DNA of 64,000 nucleotides from the NCBI GenBank assembly GCA_965603825.1, contig CBFDEM010000041.1, positions 124,001 to 188,000 of the forward strand, written 5' to 3'. Position numbers and translations under genes: made by a program. Of the stretch, positions 11,386-23,384 are shown piece by piece. The notes beneath the pieces are model-generated. The model was not told the origin of the DNA. It saw nothing but the letters and a program-made list of their open reading frames with translations, and ran no database searches. The DNA is from Blepharisma stoltei ATCC 30299 (Eukaryota > Protista > Ciliophora). The first letter of the stretch is position 1, and every line of letters begins with the position of its first letter.

Positions 11386-12855
11386 ATGAAAGTCCAATTT
11401 GAGGTTGCGTTTTTTGTGGCCCTTACTTTTCTCATCCTATATATTGGGCACATCTCAAGAAATCGAAACATCAAAATCCTCCAAGAAAAGTCTTACTCCT
11501 TGATTTTTGGTATTATATTTGGACTATTATTTTCTGTATGCCAAGTCAGCTCAATTATTTTAGATGATTACAACTTTACCCTCTCGCTTTTTTACTATGC
11601 TTTGCTACCTATAATTCTTTCAGAAAGAATCTTCAATTGTTATAAAGGATTTATTTACCAAGAAATAGGAACAATTTTAATTTTTGTGCTAATTGGAGGG
11701 ATAATGTTTTTCTTTTCCACACTAATTTTGCTTTGCAGCTTATTTTGGGCGATTGAATCAAGCTGAAATGTGACAGAAGCCGCAGTTTTTGCGGCAGCTA
11801 TGTATATTTGTGGAAGCGGATTATTAGGACTAGTAAAAGATCAATGAAACCATATAATTTTACAAGGGGAAAGCATGTTTACCATAATATTTGCGTTTCC
11901 TTTATATTTATCTATTAAATACACAAACGAAATAACAAGTGAAAATATTGGGGTTGTTTTTGGGTATTTTTTTTTAGAATTAGTTCTATCCCTAGGATTT
12001 GGGATTATAATAGGGATGGGTTTTACTATGCTGCTTAAATTTTCCCCAGCGTCAAAAGTGTGAGATATTATAGAGACTGCCCCATTTATTTTGGTTCTTT
12101 ATTTAAGCTTTATATTAGCTGAAGGAATTAGCTTATCTGGACCTTTAGCACTTTTAGCATCTGGGTTAGTGCTTGTAAAATATCATTTTATTAATGATTT
12201 ATCAAGGATTGTGCTGGCAAATAATTTGATTACCCTTAATGCGTGCTCAGAGGTATTGGGGTATATCATTATTGGGTTTTACCTCACAATAAATAATGAT
12301 TATTCTGTTATCGTTATTGTTTTGGTGCCATTTATTATATATTTTTCAAGATTTTTGTCAGTCAGTACCAGCTATTTATTTTCGAAATTGTGCGGGCTGA
12401 AGCTAGCTGGCTTTAAAGATTTAATGAGTATCTCATTTTTAAGCTTCAAAGGAATTGAAGCTTTTACTTTATTTTTGCTTATAAATAATGAGTTTGACAA
12501 TGGAGAAAAAATCCTATGTTTTGGGAAATTTGGTATTGCTATTAGCACGTTGATTTCTAATTTATGCTTTAAATGCCTTTCTAAAGAAAAAGATGAGGGA
12601 TATGGGACATCCGCTAAAGGACTTTGCTTGAAAATTAAAAATTTATTGCTGATTTTTGATAAATTTATACAAGACTTTTTTTATAAAGAAAATCAAGATA
12701 ATTCTATTATGAGTCCAAAATTCCATGAAAGTCCACAGAAGTTTGAGCCAGGGATTCAACAAAGACAAGATAGAGATGAGACTATTAGAGAACTGCAAGC
12801 TCTTAATATGAATGTAACCGAAACTGAAATATTAAGCGCGTTTCAACTGAGATAG
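11386..12855 (+). CDS. Divergent Na+/H+ exchanger (CPA1/NHE-like), ~489 aa; TGA=Trp at 11764, 11845, 12061
   Basis: Three ORFs form one frame; FYYALLPII, IGTILIF, GES, LAEGISLSG; ~12 hydrophobic helices. Confidence 0.75.
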
Positions 12856-13091
12856 AGATAGATAATACGAAATAATCTAAATATTATAAAAATCTTATTT
12901 AATCAGCTAAAAGGATTTCTTATGTCTATATTCTCTTAAAAGAGATTATTTATAAGATATATTCATAATATTTAATTATAATAAATACAGAGTTTTATCA
13001 TTGACTCATCAAATTTTATTTAAAGCCTTATCTTTCATTCTAAATTTATCTTAATTTTATATCAGTTATGAATGAAGTTATATTATCAAAA

Positions 13092-14390
13092 ATGTCTTCG
13101 AAGACTCAGCCTGAACCTCCAGCATATCCCAAACCTTTACTAGGCCGCAAGTTTGCTCCAATTATGGGTGCTGTCGAAAAGCGCACGACTGCTGGAAAAA
13201 CTCAATTTCAAGATTTCGACCTCTCTGAGATCCCAGCAACTGGGAAATCAAGACCTCAAGTCTCTTCCAGATCTGGTACAGCATCTCGAAGAAATTTAAC
13301 AGGATCAGCACAAGATGGCCATACTCAAATAATTGGCAGAGAAAACAGAGAAACTGCATGCATAAAAACTCTTCAAATAGGCTACCCACAGTCCTATATC
13401 GACTTATTCTACCTCACCCATGGTAAATTTCAAAACCTCGAAATAAAAGAACAAGTAATCAAGGACTTACGAGAAAGACTAATCCCTGCTGAGCAGCTAA
13501 ACCGAGAAGGCGACTACCCAGGCTCTTTCCAAGGCTACCACGAGCTTGGCAACTATTTCGAAAGAATGGAAATTTATGACGCCGCTACCTATTTTTATGA
13601 CCGCTGTACCGAAATTGCCAATAAACGAGAACTTTTCTATGAAGCAACCACAGCTTACCAAGGGCTCGGAAATTGTGCTTACAAAACTAAAAAAATAGAA
13701 CTCGCCATCTCTATGTACGAAAGAGGAGCCAAAATAGGCGAAATGCACGATTTAAAGCATTCAGTTATTACAATCAGCAGATCTCTTATAGAAGTATATA
13801 GACTAGAGGCTGATAAGCTGGAAGAAGAAGGGAAAACTGAGCAGGCGCTAGAATACCATTTAAGATGCTTAGAAAGTGCTAAAAATGCTGATGATTTGAT
13901 AGCGCAAGGAACTGCGTGCTATAGGATGGGATTGATTTATTTTCAAAATACAGACTATCAGACTGCTTTGGAATATTTTCAAAAATATTTGGAATTGAGC
14001 AGATCTGCAGATTACCTTGATGGAGTAACAAATGCCTTGGCGAAAATTGCGGCGACGCATCAGGAGATGTCAAATGTTTCGCAAGCTATTAAAAACCTTG
14101 AACAGCTTAACCAAGAAGCATCGGAAAATAATAAACATTCAGCTGAGGCTGAAGCGTCATTGCATTTAGGATTATTATACCAAAAGCAAGGACAGCCTAA
14201 AAAAGCTGTGGAATTTCTTGATAAACATTTTAGCTTAGCAAGAAAACTACAAGACCGCAGCTTAATTGATGCAGCAAGAGTTAATCTTGGGATAGCTCAA
14301 GCTAACTGTGCAATAGAAAACTTTATCGACGTAGTCGGTGGGAACTTATCAGGGCTTATACAATGGAAAACCAAGCGTAGCAAATTTTAA
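13092..14390 (+). CDS. TTC29: Tetratricopeptide repeat protein, TTC29-like (ciliary)
   Basis: GYPQSYIDLFYL, multiple TPRs, C-terminal ARVNLGIA..LIQWK; an upstream in-frame ATG at 13068 is also possible. Confidence 0.75.
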   Translation: MSSKTQPEPPAYPKPLLGRKFAPIMGAVEKRTTAGKTQFQDFDLSEIPATGKSRPQVSSRSGTASRRNLTGSAQDGHTQIIGRENRETACIKTLQIGYPQSYIDLFYLTHGKFQNLEIKEQVIKDLRERLIPAEQLNREGDYPGSFQGYHELGNYFERMEIYDAATYFYDRCTEIANKRELFYEATTAYQGLGNCAYKTKKIELAISMYERGAKIGEMHDLKHSVITISRSLIEVYRLEADKLEEEGKTEQALEYHLRCLESAKNADDLIAQGTACYRMGLIYFQNTDYQTALEYFQKYLELSRSADYLDGVTNALAKIAATHQEMSNVSQAIKNLEQLNQEASENNKHSAEAEASLHLGLLYQKQGQPKKAVEFLDKHFSLARKLQDRSLIDAARVNLGIAQANCAIENFIDVVGGNLSGLIQWKTKRSKF

Positions 14391-14444
14391 TTTTTTGGTA
14401 ATAAGTTATAAATTTTATCTAAAATACTTCATAATAAATATAAT

Positions 14445-15023
14445 ATGGTCGAGCCTGAAGAAAGACGCTACAAGATCGTAATTTTAGGCAACTCCGGCGT
14501 CGGCAAAACTTGCTTAATATACAGGTTCGCAAAAGATACCTTTTTAGAATCCACAAACCCTACAATCGGTGCCAATTTTTATACAAAACATGTAAATGTC
14601 GACGATAAAACAACATATAAATTTGATTTATGAGACACAGCTGGCCAAGAGCGCTATAAATCACTTACCCCGATGTATTATAAAGGCGCTTCTGCCGCAC
14701 TTATTGTGTATGATGCCACAGCTGTTGATTCTTTTGAAGGTGCTAAAGATTGGATCAAGGAGCTTCACAATAATGCAGCACCATCTATTGTAATTGCCTT
14801 GGCTGCAAACAAGATTGATTTAAATAAAGGTGTTTCAAGAGAAATGGGCCAAGATTTAGCTAATAAGCATTCTCTGTTATTCTCTGAAGTTTCTGCCAAA
14901 ACAGGGGAAGGGATTTCAGAAACTTTTATTAATATTGCAAAAAGGCTGCCAAAAATTCAAGCGAAAAAAGCGCAAGGACAGAAGCTAGCGGCACCTAAAA
15001 AGCAAGAATCGTGGTGCTGCTAA
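14445..15023 (+). CDS. Rab5/Rab22-like small GTPase, ~192 aa; TGA=Trp at 14631
   Basis: GNSGVGKT, PTIGANF, L[TGA]DTAGQERYKSL, NKID, EVSAK, C-terminal CC. Confidence 0.93.
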
Positions 15024-15759
15024 TATTTATTAATTATATAGCTTGAATAAAATATGTAAATTGGATGAATCAAAATTTCTTGTTAATGACTTGCCGCTAT
15101 TTATTCTATAAAATAGGAAAATAGCTGCTATTAGTCGAATTTTTAATATAAATATTTAAAGAAGCTTAATATATTTCCTTTATTAATTTTTTACAAAAAA
15201 TAACCCACATAATAAAAATAAAAATTATAGTCAAGATGGTTTTATTTTAGTCTAGATAAAAAAATTATAGGTTTCTTGAACTTTAACCTTAAGCCTTATT
15301 TATGTGCTTCGCAAATAAAGCAGAATAAATTTAGCTCCAATATAAAAGAAATAATTTTTCAGGCTATTTCAAGTGAAACTTTAATTATAGACGAAAATTT
15401 GAATCCTCTATAGTTATTCGAGCAAATAAATGGCGCTTCACACTTTATATTATTTTGAGAGATAAAAGAGAAAGCTGCTTGATAGTTTGATATACTACTA
15501 GGTCTCAGATCTCGTTAAGTGATTTTGAAAGTCTACATAAAATTTCTAGCATTATATTTGCTAATTAAATATTATACTTATATGTAATAATACTGCTTTC
15601 TTTCGCATGTCAAATTTATTGCTAAACGAGATTGAAATAATTATACTTTTTAATTAAATAAGAAATCATATACAAAAGCTAGGCGGAATATTTATAAAGG
15701 TATCATTCGAATTATTATATTTATTAAATAAATAATATTGTATGATGGCCTCAATAGCC

Positions 15760-17190
15760 CTATTCAGTCAGCCAATGTGATTTATCCAATTCAACAAAAT
15801 CCTCATATGGGCTTATTTCTATCTTTGTCCCAAAAATATCTAAATTAGTAGTTTTTGAAATTATTTTTTTCATTCTATTTAATGCATTTAAAGAAGATGG
15901 CACCACATAAACGAACTCTTCAGTCCAAAAAATTTTATAAATCGCTATAGATTCAAAATTTCCACTTAAAACTTCTTTTATTTTTTCTATAGGAATATTT
16001 TCAGGATTTTTTAACACATAAATATTTTCAAATGATTCAAATTGTGTAGGCTTAGACAAATTCAATGGCAGTCTCCCTGATCCTGACATAGGGATTTTAT
16101 TTACAATATTTTCCAAATCAGACAAATTTTTCGTAAATGTAATTTTTAATATTTGGAGAATTCTAATAAAAAGAGCTCCTGTAATATAAGAATCAAAGCC
16201 AGCATTATGAAAATTAGTTTCTTCATTGTTAAATGGCTGAGTAACTTTTAAATTAGAAAATTCTGAGTCTTTTTCTATTGCTTTATAGCACTCTGATAGG
16301 TTTGCTCCTTGCTTTTTTGTGATATTAAACTATATAAATAATACATAGTGCTTTAGCAAAGATGAGGACTGGATTATATACTTTGTGTCGATTATAGTTG
16401 GGAATTTTGAATTCAATTTTAAGGCGAAGTTTTTAACAGACATAGGTAAAGGAGCTATTAATTTATCATGAAATTGGAGTAAATCTGTTATCATATTATG
16501 CCCAATTAACGGTTTTCCTGCCATTGAGTTCACAATATCTAAAAATAGTTTTCCGCAGTCGTCGTTTTCAGCTTGCCCTTTCTTAAATTTAACAGCATAA
16601 GGAATTCTATCTTTAACGCACAAAGTTCCTACAACCCCAAAATCTTTTTCAATAGATTTTATTATAAATTCAAGCTCTTCTAAATCTATAAATTCCACAG
16701 GTATATCAACACCATTTTCAATCCCCTCCAATAAAAAATTTTTGTATTTATCCAAAATCCTTTTCCCTTTCCTCGTCAGATTTTTTTTTGAAAAATTCGA
16801 GTCCTTATGAATCCACAATCCTTCTTTAAATGCCTTATTAAAATCAAAATTATAGTCAGCTAAATAATTTATTGATCCCGGATTAATCGAAAACCCATGC
16901 CTATTTCTTGAAAATTCCAGCGGTGATATATAAAATGAAAACGTTGATGATTCAGCTGAAGCGCCTGATATATTAAATGCAGTCAATCCAAGCTGCAGTG
17001 GGCAAAACTCTTTTGCATTTTCTCTTAGTTTTAAATATCTGTGTTCTGTGCTGTCTAAACTTGTATTTAATAAATAAGATCGAGTATTTATGCCACCAAA
17101 TTCCATATCCATTGCTAAAAAATCTGCGTTGTTTATGGCTTTTTTTATTAGAGAGCTAGCTGTGTGGATATTGAATCTTGTGATTTCCAT
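15760..17190 (-). CDS. PARN-like CAF1-family (DEDDh) poly(A) ribonuclease, ~471 aa; intron 16330-16344
   Basis: AMDMEF, LQLGL, FDFNK, GHNMITDL, IDTK, and HNAGFDSYITG after splicing. Confidence 0.88.
16330..16344 (-). other. 15-nt intron (phase 0)
   Basis: gtattatttatatag; splicing restores the Exo III motif. Confidence 0.9.
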
Positions 17191-17209
17191 TAATTATAAA
17201 GATTTAGAA

Positions 17210-17731
17210 ATGGATCGAACATATAAGTATCAGCTTGAATTTACAAAGACTACGCTATTATTGGTTCTTTTAGGCAGCTTTTCTGCGCAAGCATTTTGCA
17301 TTTGTAAAGTATATGTAGATTTTTATGGAAAAGTCCTTGAGCTTGATTTATCTGAATTTTGGGGATATTTTCTTGCTTTTAGTCTATCTATTTCGGAAAT
17401 ACTTTTATATTATGCGATGATTTTTAATGCGAAAAGATATTATAATAGGTAAGCAGCATTTAGAAGTGCAATAGCTGTTGAGGCACAATTAGGAGATTGT
17501 AAAAACAATAAGTCAGAAATTCAGAAAAAGCTGGAAGCTTTATCGCTGATTGAGGAAGAAGCTACATGAAGAAGCATTGGGAGCTGTAATTTGTTTTTTA
17601 TAATTACATTTATCGCTTTTACGTTCGCTATTGGAAACGTTCAACTAAATTTGTAAAATTTATGTAGAGCGTATGTGTACTCTGCAATTGGAGCTTCCAT
17701 TACCACACTAGCTTTATCGCTATTTCTTTAA
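17210..17731 (+). CDS. SSR3: Translocon-associated protein gamma (TRAP-gamma)-like 4-TM protein, ~163 aa; two introns, one TGA=Trp
   Basis: 2 TM + charged helical linker + EEEAT[W]RSIGSCNLFF + 2 TM, matching the EA..SI...N.LF pattern of TRAP-gamma. Confidence 0.6.
17449..17463 (+). other. 15-nt intron (phase 2)
   Basis: gtaagcagcatttag. Confidence 0.85.
17653..17667 (+). other. 15-nt intron (phase 2)
   Basis: gtaaaatttatgtag. Confidence 0.8.
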
Positions 17732-17979
17732 GCAAGATAAAATAAGGCCTTTAACAAATTATTTAATTTCAATTCATTTCATATTAAAAATAATATCCTC
17801 AATCTAAAATTTTTATTTAGCAATTTTTATATTTCTTAAAATAATCGTACTTAACCTACTAAATAGAAATCTAATATTTTTTATATAGCTAAATGTTTTA
17901 ATAGAACCTAGCTAAATTTAAATAGCAAAATTTAAGGTTTATCTAGAAAGATAAGAATGTTAAAGTCCAAAAGATATAA

Positions 17980-19380
17980 ATGGCAAAAGCTCGGCATTTA
18001 CAGCAAGAAATTGACAAAAAGCTTAAAAGCGTAGAAGAAGGCGTCGAAATTTTCAACTCCACTCTCAAAAAAATTCAATCCGCAGTAAATCAAACTCAAA
18101 AAGAGCGATATGAATCAGAATTGAAAAAAGAAATCAAAAAACTCCAAAGGGTACGTGAAAGTTTGCGAGCGTATCAGACAAATCCAGAAATCAGAGATAA
18201 AAACCAGATAACAGATGCTAGGAAAACTATAGAAGACCTTATGGCGACTTTTAAAAATTGCGAAAGAGAAAATAAGACTAAAGCATTTTCTAAAACTGGA
18301 TTATCTGCTGCTCCTAAAGTAGATCCAAGAGAAGAAGAGAGGGAGTCTGCAAGAGAATGAATAAAATCAGCACTTCAGCAACTTCAGGAGAGCATAACTT
18401 CTATAGAACTTGAGCTAGATTCTTTTAAAATCGCAAAAGGCAGAAAACCTGATTCAAGCAGAATTGAAGAATTATCAAATCATCTGCAGGCATATAGGTT
18501 CCATTATAGCAAGCTTGAATTTGTACTAAGAGCGCTTGAAAATGATCAGCTGCCTATGCACAAACTATGAGAATTGAAAGATTTATTTGAAGTTTTTATT
18601 GAAAATATCAATGATAAAACCTATGATACCGAAATGGAACAGATATATGCTGAACTTGAAATTGTTGGAGCTCCTGTGTCGCCAGCGCCCCAGATAATTG
18701 AAGAAGAGCCACATGAAGCTCAGAAAAAACAGGCGCCACCTAAAAAGATTGAGCCAAAGGTGATGCCTCCACTTGTAAAGCAAGACTCAAAGCCACAAGA
18801 ATTACCTAAGATTTCAGTATGAAATTCCAAAGACGCTTTACAAAAAATAGCAGGCGACCAAATCGATAAAATCCAAGAAACAAAAGAAGAGGAGCCAGAA
18901 GAAGCAATAGAAACAGTACTTAAAAATTAGGACACATTTGACTACAAAGATATGGAAACCACAAAACGAGCTTTGCAAAATGCATTTAACTTCCAAATTC
19001 GACCAGAAGACCGAACGCGATCTAAGCTAGAAATTGTAAAATCTTCATACCAAGGACATCCCAGCTATCCTAAAAGGCCTTTATTTACGCATCCTTCTCA
19101 GTATAAAAAATTAGAAGTGGATTCTTTATTCTTTATTTTTTACCATCAGCCAGGGACTTATCAGCAGTTTTTGGCAGCAAAAGAGCTGAAATCTAAAGAT
19201 TGGATCTATCATAAGCGATTTCAGACTTGGTTCCAGAGGTGTGGGGAGCCGAAATTAGTGACAGAAGACCGAGAAAAAGGGATGTATACATATTTCGACT
19301 TCGAAAATAGCTGGTCGCAGAAGAAAAAAGCTGATTTCGAGTTTGAGTATGCAAATTTAGAAAATGAGCTCCACTCTTAA
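17980..19380 (+). CDS. CNOT3: CCR4-NOT subunit NOT3/5, ~461 aa; TGA=Trp at 18358, 18568, 18820; intron 18916-18930
   Basis: LQQEIDKKLKSVEEG, LKKEIKKLQR, KTKAFSKTGL; NOT-box LFFIFYHQPGTYQQFLAAKELK..W.YH. Confidence 0.92.
18916..18930 (+). other. 15-nt intron (phase 0)
   Basis: gtacttaaaaattag; joins the Not3 N-terminal domain and the NOT-box. Confidence 0.88.
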
Positions 19381-19927
19381 TGATTAATTTAGTAAGTTTA
19401 TTTTTTCTTCGAAAATGACCTTGCAATTATAAAATTTTTGAGATTTAGATTGGGCTTTGGCTCACTATAAAGTATTTATCTGCTTTTAATAATAGAAAAA
19501 CCATTGTCAGATCTTTAAAGAATCTTTTGGTGCCAGAATGACTGATACATTCTCCAGAAGAATATTTATTTAAAAAATAATTAATAAATTAATGATACAA
19601 AAGCATGGAAAATAATATTCATTATAAAGTTTTATATTTAAACCTAAAAAATACTACAGATCTTAAACATCAGTTAAATATTGATAAATAGCAATAATTC
19701 TATTTGAAACCATTATTTATTATATCATTTATTTGCATTTTATAAGCTGCTACTTTTAACTTAAGTTAAAGGCGTTAGACAAATTATCCATTACTAAAAA
19801 ATTTACTCTCTCTTATTATTCATATTAATTTTTCTTACTTTTCTTTATATAAATAATATGTTAAGCAACTATATCTTAAATTCTAGCTATAATTGGCTCT
19901 ATATTGTGCTGGCTTAATAATATAGCA

Positions 19928-21754
19928 ATGGCTGAGAACAAGTACGGTACAATCTACAAGGTCGCTGGGCCTTTAGTCGTCGCTCAAAGTATGGCAGGCG
20001 CTAAAATGTTTGAGCTTGTCCGCGTAGGCTGGGACAAGCTTGTCGGTGAAATTATTAAACTTGAAGCTGACACTGCAAGTATCCAATGTTACGAAGACAC
20101 ATCAGGCCTTACAGTTGGCGACCCAGTTCTCAGAACAGGCTCCCCTCTCAGTGTTACCCTGGGTCCTGGTATAATGGAAACAATTTATGACGGTATTCAA
20201 CGACCTTTAAAAGACATTGCAATCAACAGTAACCACAGTGCCTTTATTCCAAGAGGAGTCGACGTCCCTGCTTTAGATGGCAACAAGCTTTGGGAATTTG
20301 AGCCAAAAAACATTAGAGAAGGGTCTTTAATCAGTGGAGGTGACATTTTTGGGATGGTCTTTGAAAATGGTCTTTTTGATAATCATAGACTATTGATTCC
20401 ACCTAGAGCTCAAGGAAGAGTTACCTTTATAGCCCCACCCGGACAATATAATATCAATGAAAAAGTGATAGAACTTGAATTTAATGGGGAAAGAAAAAGC
20501 TACTCAATGTGCCATCAATGGCCTGTCAGGATGCCAAGACCTGTTGTAGAAAAACTCCAAGGAAATGTCCCACTTCTGACTGGACAGAGAGTGCTTGACG
20601 CTTTATTCCCATCTTGCAGAGGTGGAACTTGTGCCATTCCTGGGGCTTTTGGGTGTGGAAAAACTTGTATTTCTCAAGCGTTGTCGAAATATTCTAATTC
20701 AGATTGCATTATTTATGTGGGGTGTGGAGAAAGAGGTAATGAAATGGCTGAAGTTTTAACTGATTTCCCTGAGCTGACTACAATATTCAAAGGAAGAGAA
20801 GAAAGTATTATGAAAAGAACCTGTTTAGTCGCCAATACTTCAAATATGCCAGTCGCCGCTAGAGAAGCTTCTATTTATACTGGGATTACTTTGGCTGAAT
20901 ATTTCAGAGATATGGGCTGCAACGTCAGTATGATGGCTGACTCAACCTCAAGATGGGCAGAAGCATTAAGAGAAATTTCTGGAAGACTTGCAGAAATGCC
21001 TGCTGATGCAGGATATCCTGCTTATTTAGGAGCTAAGCTAGCTCAGTTCTACGAAAGAGCAGGCAGAGTTACATGTTTAGGAAGCCCTGCAAGAGAAGGC
21101 TCAGTTTCCATTGTAGGAGCTGTCAGTCCTCCTGGTGGTGATTTTACTGATCCAGTCACAACTGCAACATTAAACATTGTCCAGGTTTTCTGGGGTCTTG
21201 ATAAGAAGCTTGCTCAAAGAAAACATTTCCCTAGTGTAAATTGGTCAATTTCGTTCAGCAACTATGAAAGACAACTTGAGTCTTATTTCGATAAGTTTGA
21301 CTCTGAATTTTCAATGCTGAGAACTAAATTCAAAGAGATCTTACAAGAAGAAGAAGATTTGCAAGAAATCGTCCAGCTGGTAGGTAAAGATTCATTATCT
21401 GAGGACCAAAAAACGACTTTAGAAATCGCAAAAGTTATTAGAGAAGATTTCTTACAACAGAATGCCTATTCCAAGATGGATTATACCTCGCCTTTGAATA
21501 AAACAATTGGGATGATGAGAGCTATTATTACTTTCCACGATTTAGCCAAAAAGGTTATCAGAGAAAGCCCACAAGAAAACAAGATTTCATGGGCTGTCAT
21601 TGAAGTCCAGCTTAAGAATCAATTAGTGAAGATTTCCAAGATGAAAGATTCTGTAGATCCAAAAGACGCAGAAGAAAATGTCCAAAGGTTCTTTATTTCG
21701 TTAATTGATGATATTTCGTCTGGGTTTAGGACATTAGAAGATGCTTACGCTTAA
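19928..21754 (+). CDS. VMA1: V-type proton ATPase catalytic subunit A
   Basis: [42 protein letters not shown]; no intein; first ATG at 19928. Confidence 0.97.
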   Translation: MAENKYGTIYKVAGPLVVAQSMAGAKMFELVRVGWDKLVGEIIKLEADTASIQCYEDTSGLTVGDPVLRTGSPLSVTLGPGIMETIYDGIQRPLKDIAINSNHSAFIPRGVDVPALDGNKLWEFEPKNIREGSLISGGDIFGMVFENGLFDNHRLLIPPRAQGRVTFIAPPGQYNINEKVIELEFNGERKSYSMCHQWPVRMPRPVVEKLQGNVPLLTGQRVLDALFPSCRGGTCAIPGAFGCGKTCISQALSKYSNSDCIIYVGCGERGNEMAEVLTDFPELTTIFKGREESIMKRTCLVANTSNMPVAAREASIYTGITLAEYFRDMGCNVSMMADSTSRWAEALREISGRLAEMPADAGYPAYLGAKLAQFYERAGRVTCLGSPAREGSVSIVGAVSPPGGDFTDPVTTATLNIVQVFWGLDKKLAQRKHFPSVNWSISFSNYERQLESYFDKFDSEFSMLRTKFKEILQEEEDLQEIVQLVGKDSLSEDQKTTLEIAKVIREDFLQQNAYSKMDYTSPLNKTIGMMRAIITFHDLAKKVIRESPQENKISWAVIEVQLKNQLVKISKMKDSVDPKDAEENVQRFFISLIDDISSGFRTLEDAYA

Positions 21755-21876
21755 ATAAACTTATTTACTAATTTAGCAGATAATATCAAGGATTTTTAAG
21801 ATAAAAATTAAGAAGCCGATGTTTTTTGGATATAGGGATTTATAAATGAACCATAAGACATTAATTTATATATAAA

Positions 21877-22758
21877 ATGCTGAGACTCATCACAAGATCA
21901 ATGAAAACCATCGGAGTTGTTGGCGCAGGCCAAATGGGTAGTGGCATTGCCATCGTTGGTGCTTTGAATGCTAACCTTACTGTTAAAGTTATGGACTCCA
22001 ATGATGAACAAATCGAAAGGTCTCGCAAGTTCATTGGTGACTGGCTCGACAAAAAGTCAGCCAAAAATCCAATAGCTAATCTTGCAGAGGTAAAAGGCAG
22101 AATCCATTACATCAAAGAATCCAAAGAATTAGGAGACTGCGATTTTGTCATAGAAGCTATATCAGAAGTCGTAGAGGCCAAGATGAAACTATTTAGACAT
22201 ATAAGCCCTATCCTTAAGCCAGACGCCATTCTAGCGACCAATACATCTTCAATTTCCATCACAAAACTAGCGGCAAATGCTGAATATCCTGATAAAGTCA
22301 TTGGAATGCACTTCATGAATCCTGTCCCTGTCATGAAACTAGTAGAAATGATTAGAGGACTCCAAACTAGCGACCATACTGTCCATAAGACTAAGGAATT
22401 AGCAAAATTAATGGGAAAAACTATTAGTGAAAGCAAGGATATGCCAGGATTTATTGCAAATAGACTGCTATTGCCATATATTAATGAAGCTATTCAAGTA
22501 CTCAGTGAAGGCATTGCGACCAAGGAAGACATAGATAAAACAATGAAGCTTGGAACCAATGTGCCGATGGGGCCACTAGAACTAGCTGATTTTATAGGAC
22601 TGGATACATGCTTGTATATTATGCAGGTTTTGCATAGAGACCTTGGAGACTCCAAGTACAGACCTTCTTGCTTGCTAGTGAATTATGTGAACGCAGGATG
22701 GCTTGGTAAAAAAGTAGGCAAAGGATTTTATGATTACTCCCTAGAAAAAAAGCAATAA
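21877..22758 (+). CDS. 3-hydroxybutyryl-CoA/3-hydroxyacyl-CoA dehydrogenase with a short mitochondrial-type presequence
   Basis: [47 protein letters not shown]. Confidence 0.93.
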   Translation: MLRLITRSMKTIGVVGAGQMGSGIAIVGALNANLTVKVMDSNDEQIERSRKFIGDWLDKKSAKNPIANLAEVKGRIHYIKESKELGDCDFVIEAISEVVEAKMKLFRHISPILKPDAILATNTSSISITKLAANAEYPDKVIGMHFMNPVPVMKLVEMIRGLQTSDHTVHKTKELAKLMGKTISESKDMPGFIANRLLLPYINEAIQVLSEGIATKEDIDKTMKLGTNVPMGPLELADFIGLDTCLYIMQVLHRDLGDSKYRPSCLLVNYVNAGWLGKKVGKGFYDYSLEKKQ

Positions 22759-22868
22759 ATAATATCAAATTCTTAAATTTATTTTTATAATTAGATATAA
22801 ATGATAACAAAATTTTTAATGAAACAATTTATTCAAACATTCCAAATAAACTTAATAAATAAAAGAAA

Positions 22869-23330
22869 ATGGAACCGAAAGACCAAAACTCAGAGCAATT
22901 TCCTTTATTTAATTTATATCCTATGCCCTCTGGTGTTTCTTCCAGCTTGAACTCAGTTGGATTCAACACTAATGAAGAACAAGCAGATAATAGTCTTGAA
23001 GTCAGTGTAAACAAGCTAATAAAATCACAATTAGATGAAATCGTCACATCTGACTTATCAAAGCTAAACCACCATGAAATCCCACTCGCAAGAGTCAAAA
23101 AAATTATGAAAGCTGACGAAGATGTCAAAATGATCAATGCTGAGACTCCAGCGATATTTGGGAAAGCATGTGAATTGTTTATAATTGAACTAACCCATAG
23201 AGCATGAGTCCATACTGAAGAAAGCAAGCGGAGAACGCTACAAAGAAGTGACATAATCATGTGCATTTTCAAAACAGATATTTTTGATTTTATGCAAGAA
23301 ATAATAACCCAGGAAAAAAAGAACTATTAA
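22869..23330 (+). CDS. NFYC: NF-YC/HAP5 histone-fold CCAAT-binding subunit, ~153 aa; TGA=Trp at 23205
   Basis: IPLARVKKIMKADEDVKMI, ACELFIIELTHRA[TGA]VHTEESKRRTLQRSDI. Confidence 0.9.
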
Positions 23331-23384
23331 AATTTTTAGAAAGTGTAAATATGAATAAGGTTGTTTTTCAATAAATATTACTAA

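Noticed and set aside
15760-19380. PARN/CAF1-family nuclease near CNOT3 as a deadenylation cluster
   Set aside because: Opposite strands with an unrelated gene between them; the nuclease looks PARN-like rather than the CCR4-NOT CAF1; chance proximity is sufficient
19928-21754. VMA1 intein
   Set aside because: GAFGCGKT is uninterrupted and the protein has normal length
21877-22758. Bacterial-like hbd (also phnW and fabF) as a recent HGT island or contamination
   Set aside because: The genes are scattered among eukaryotic genes with host-like composition, and carry presequences or native introns
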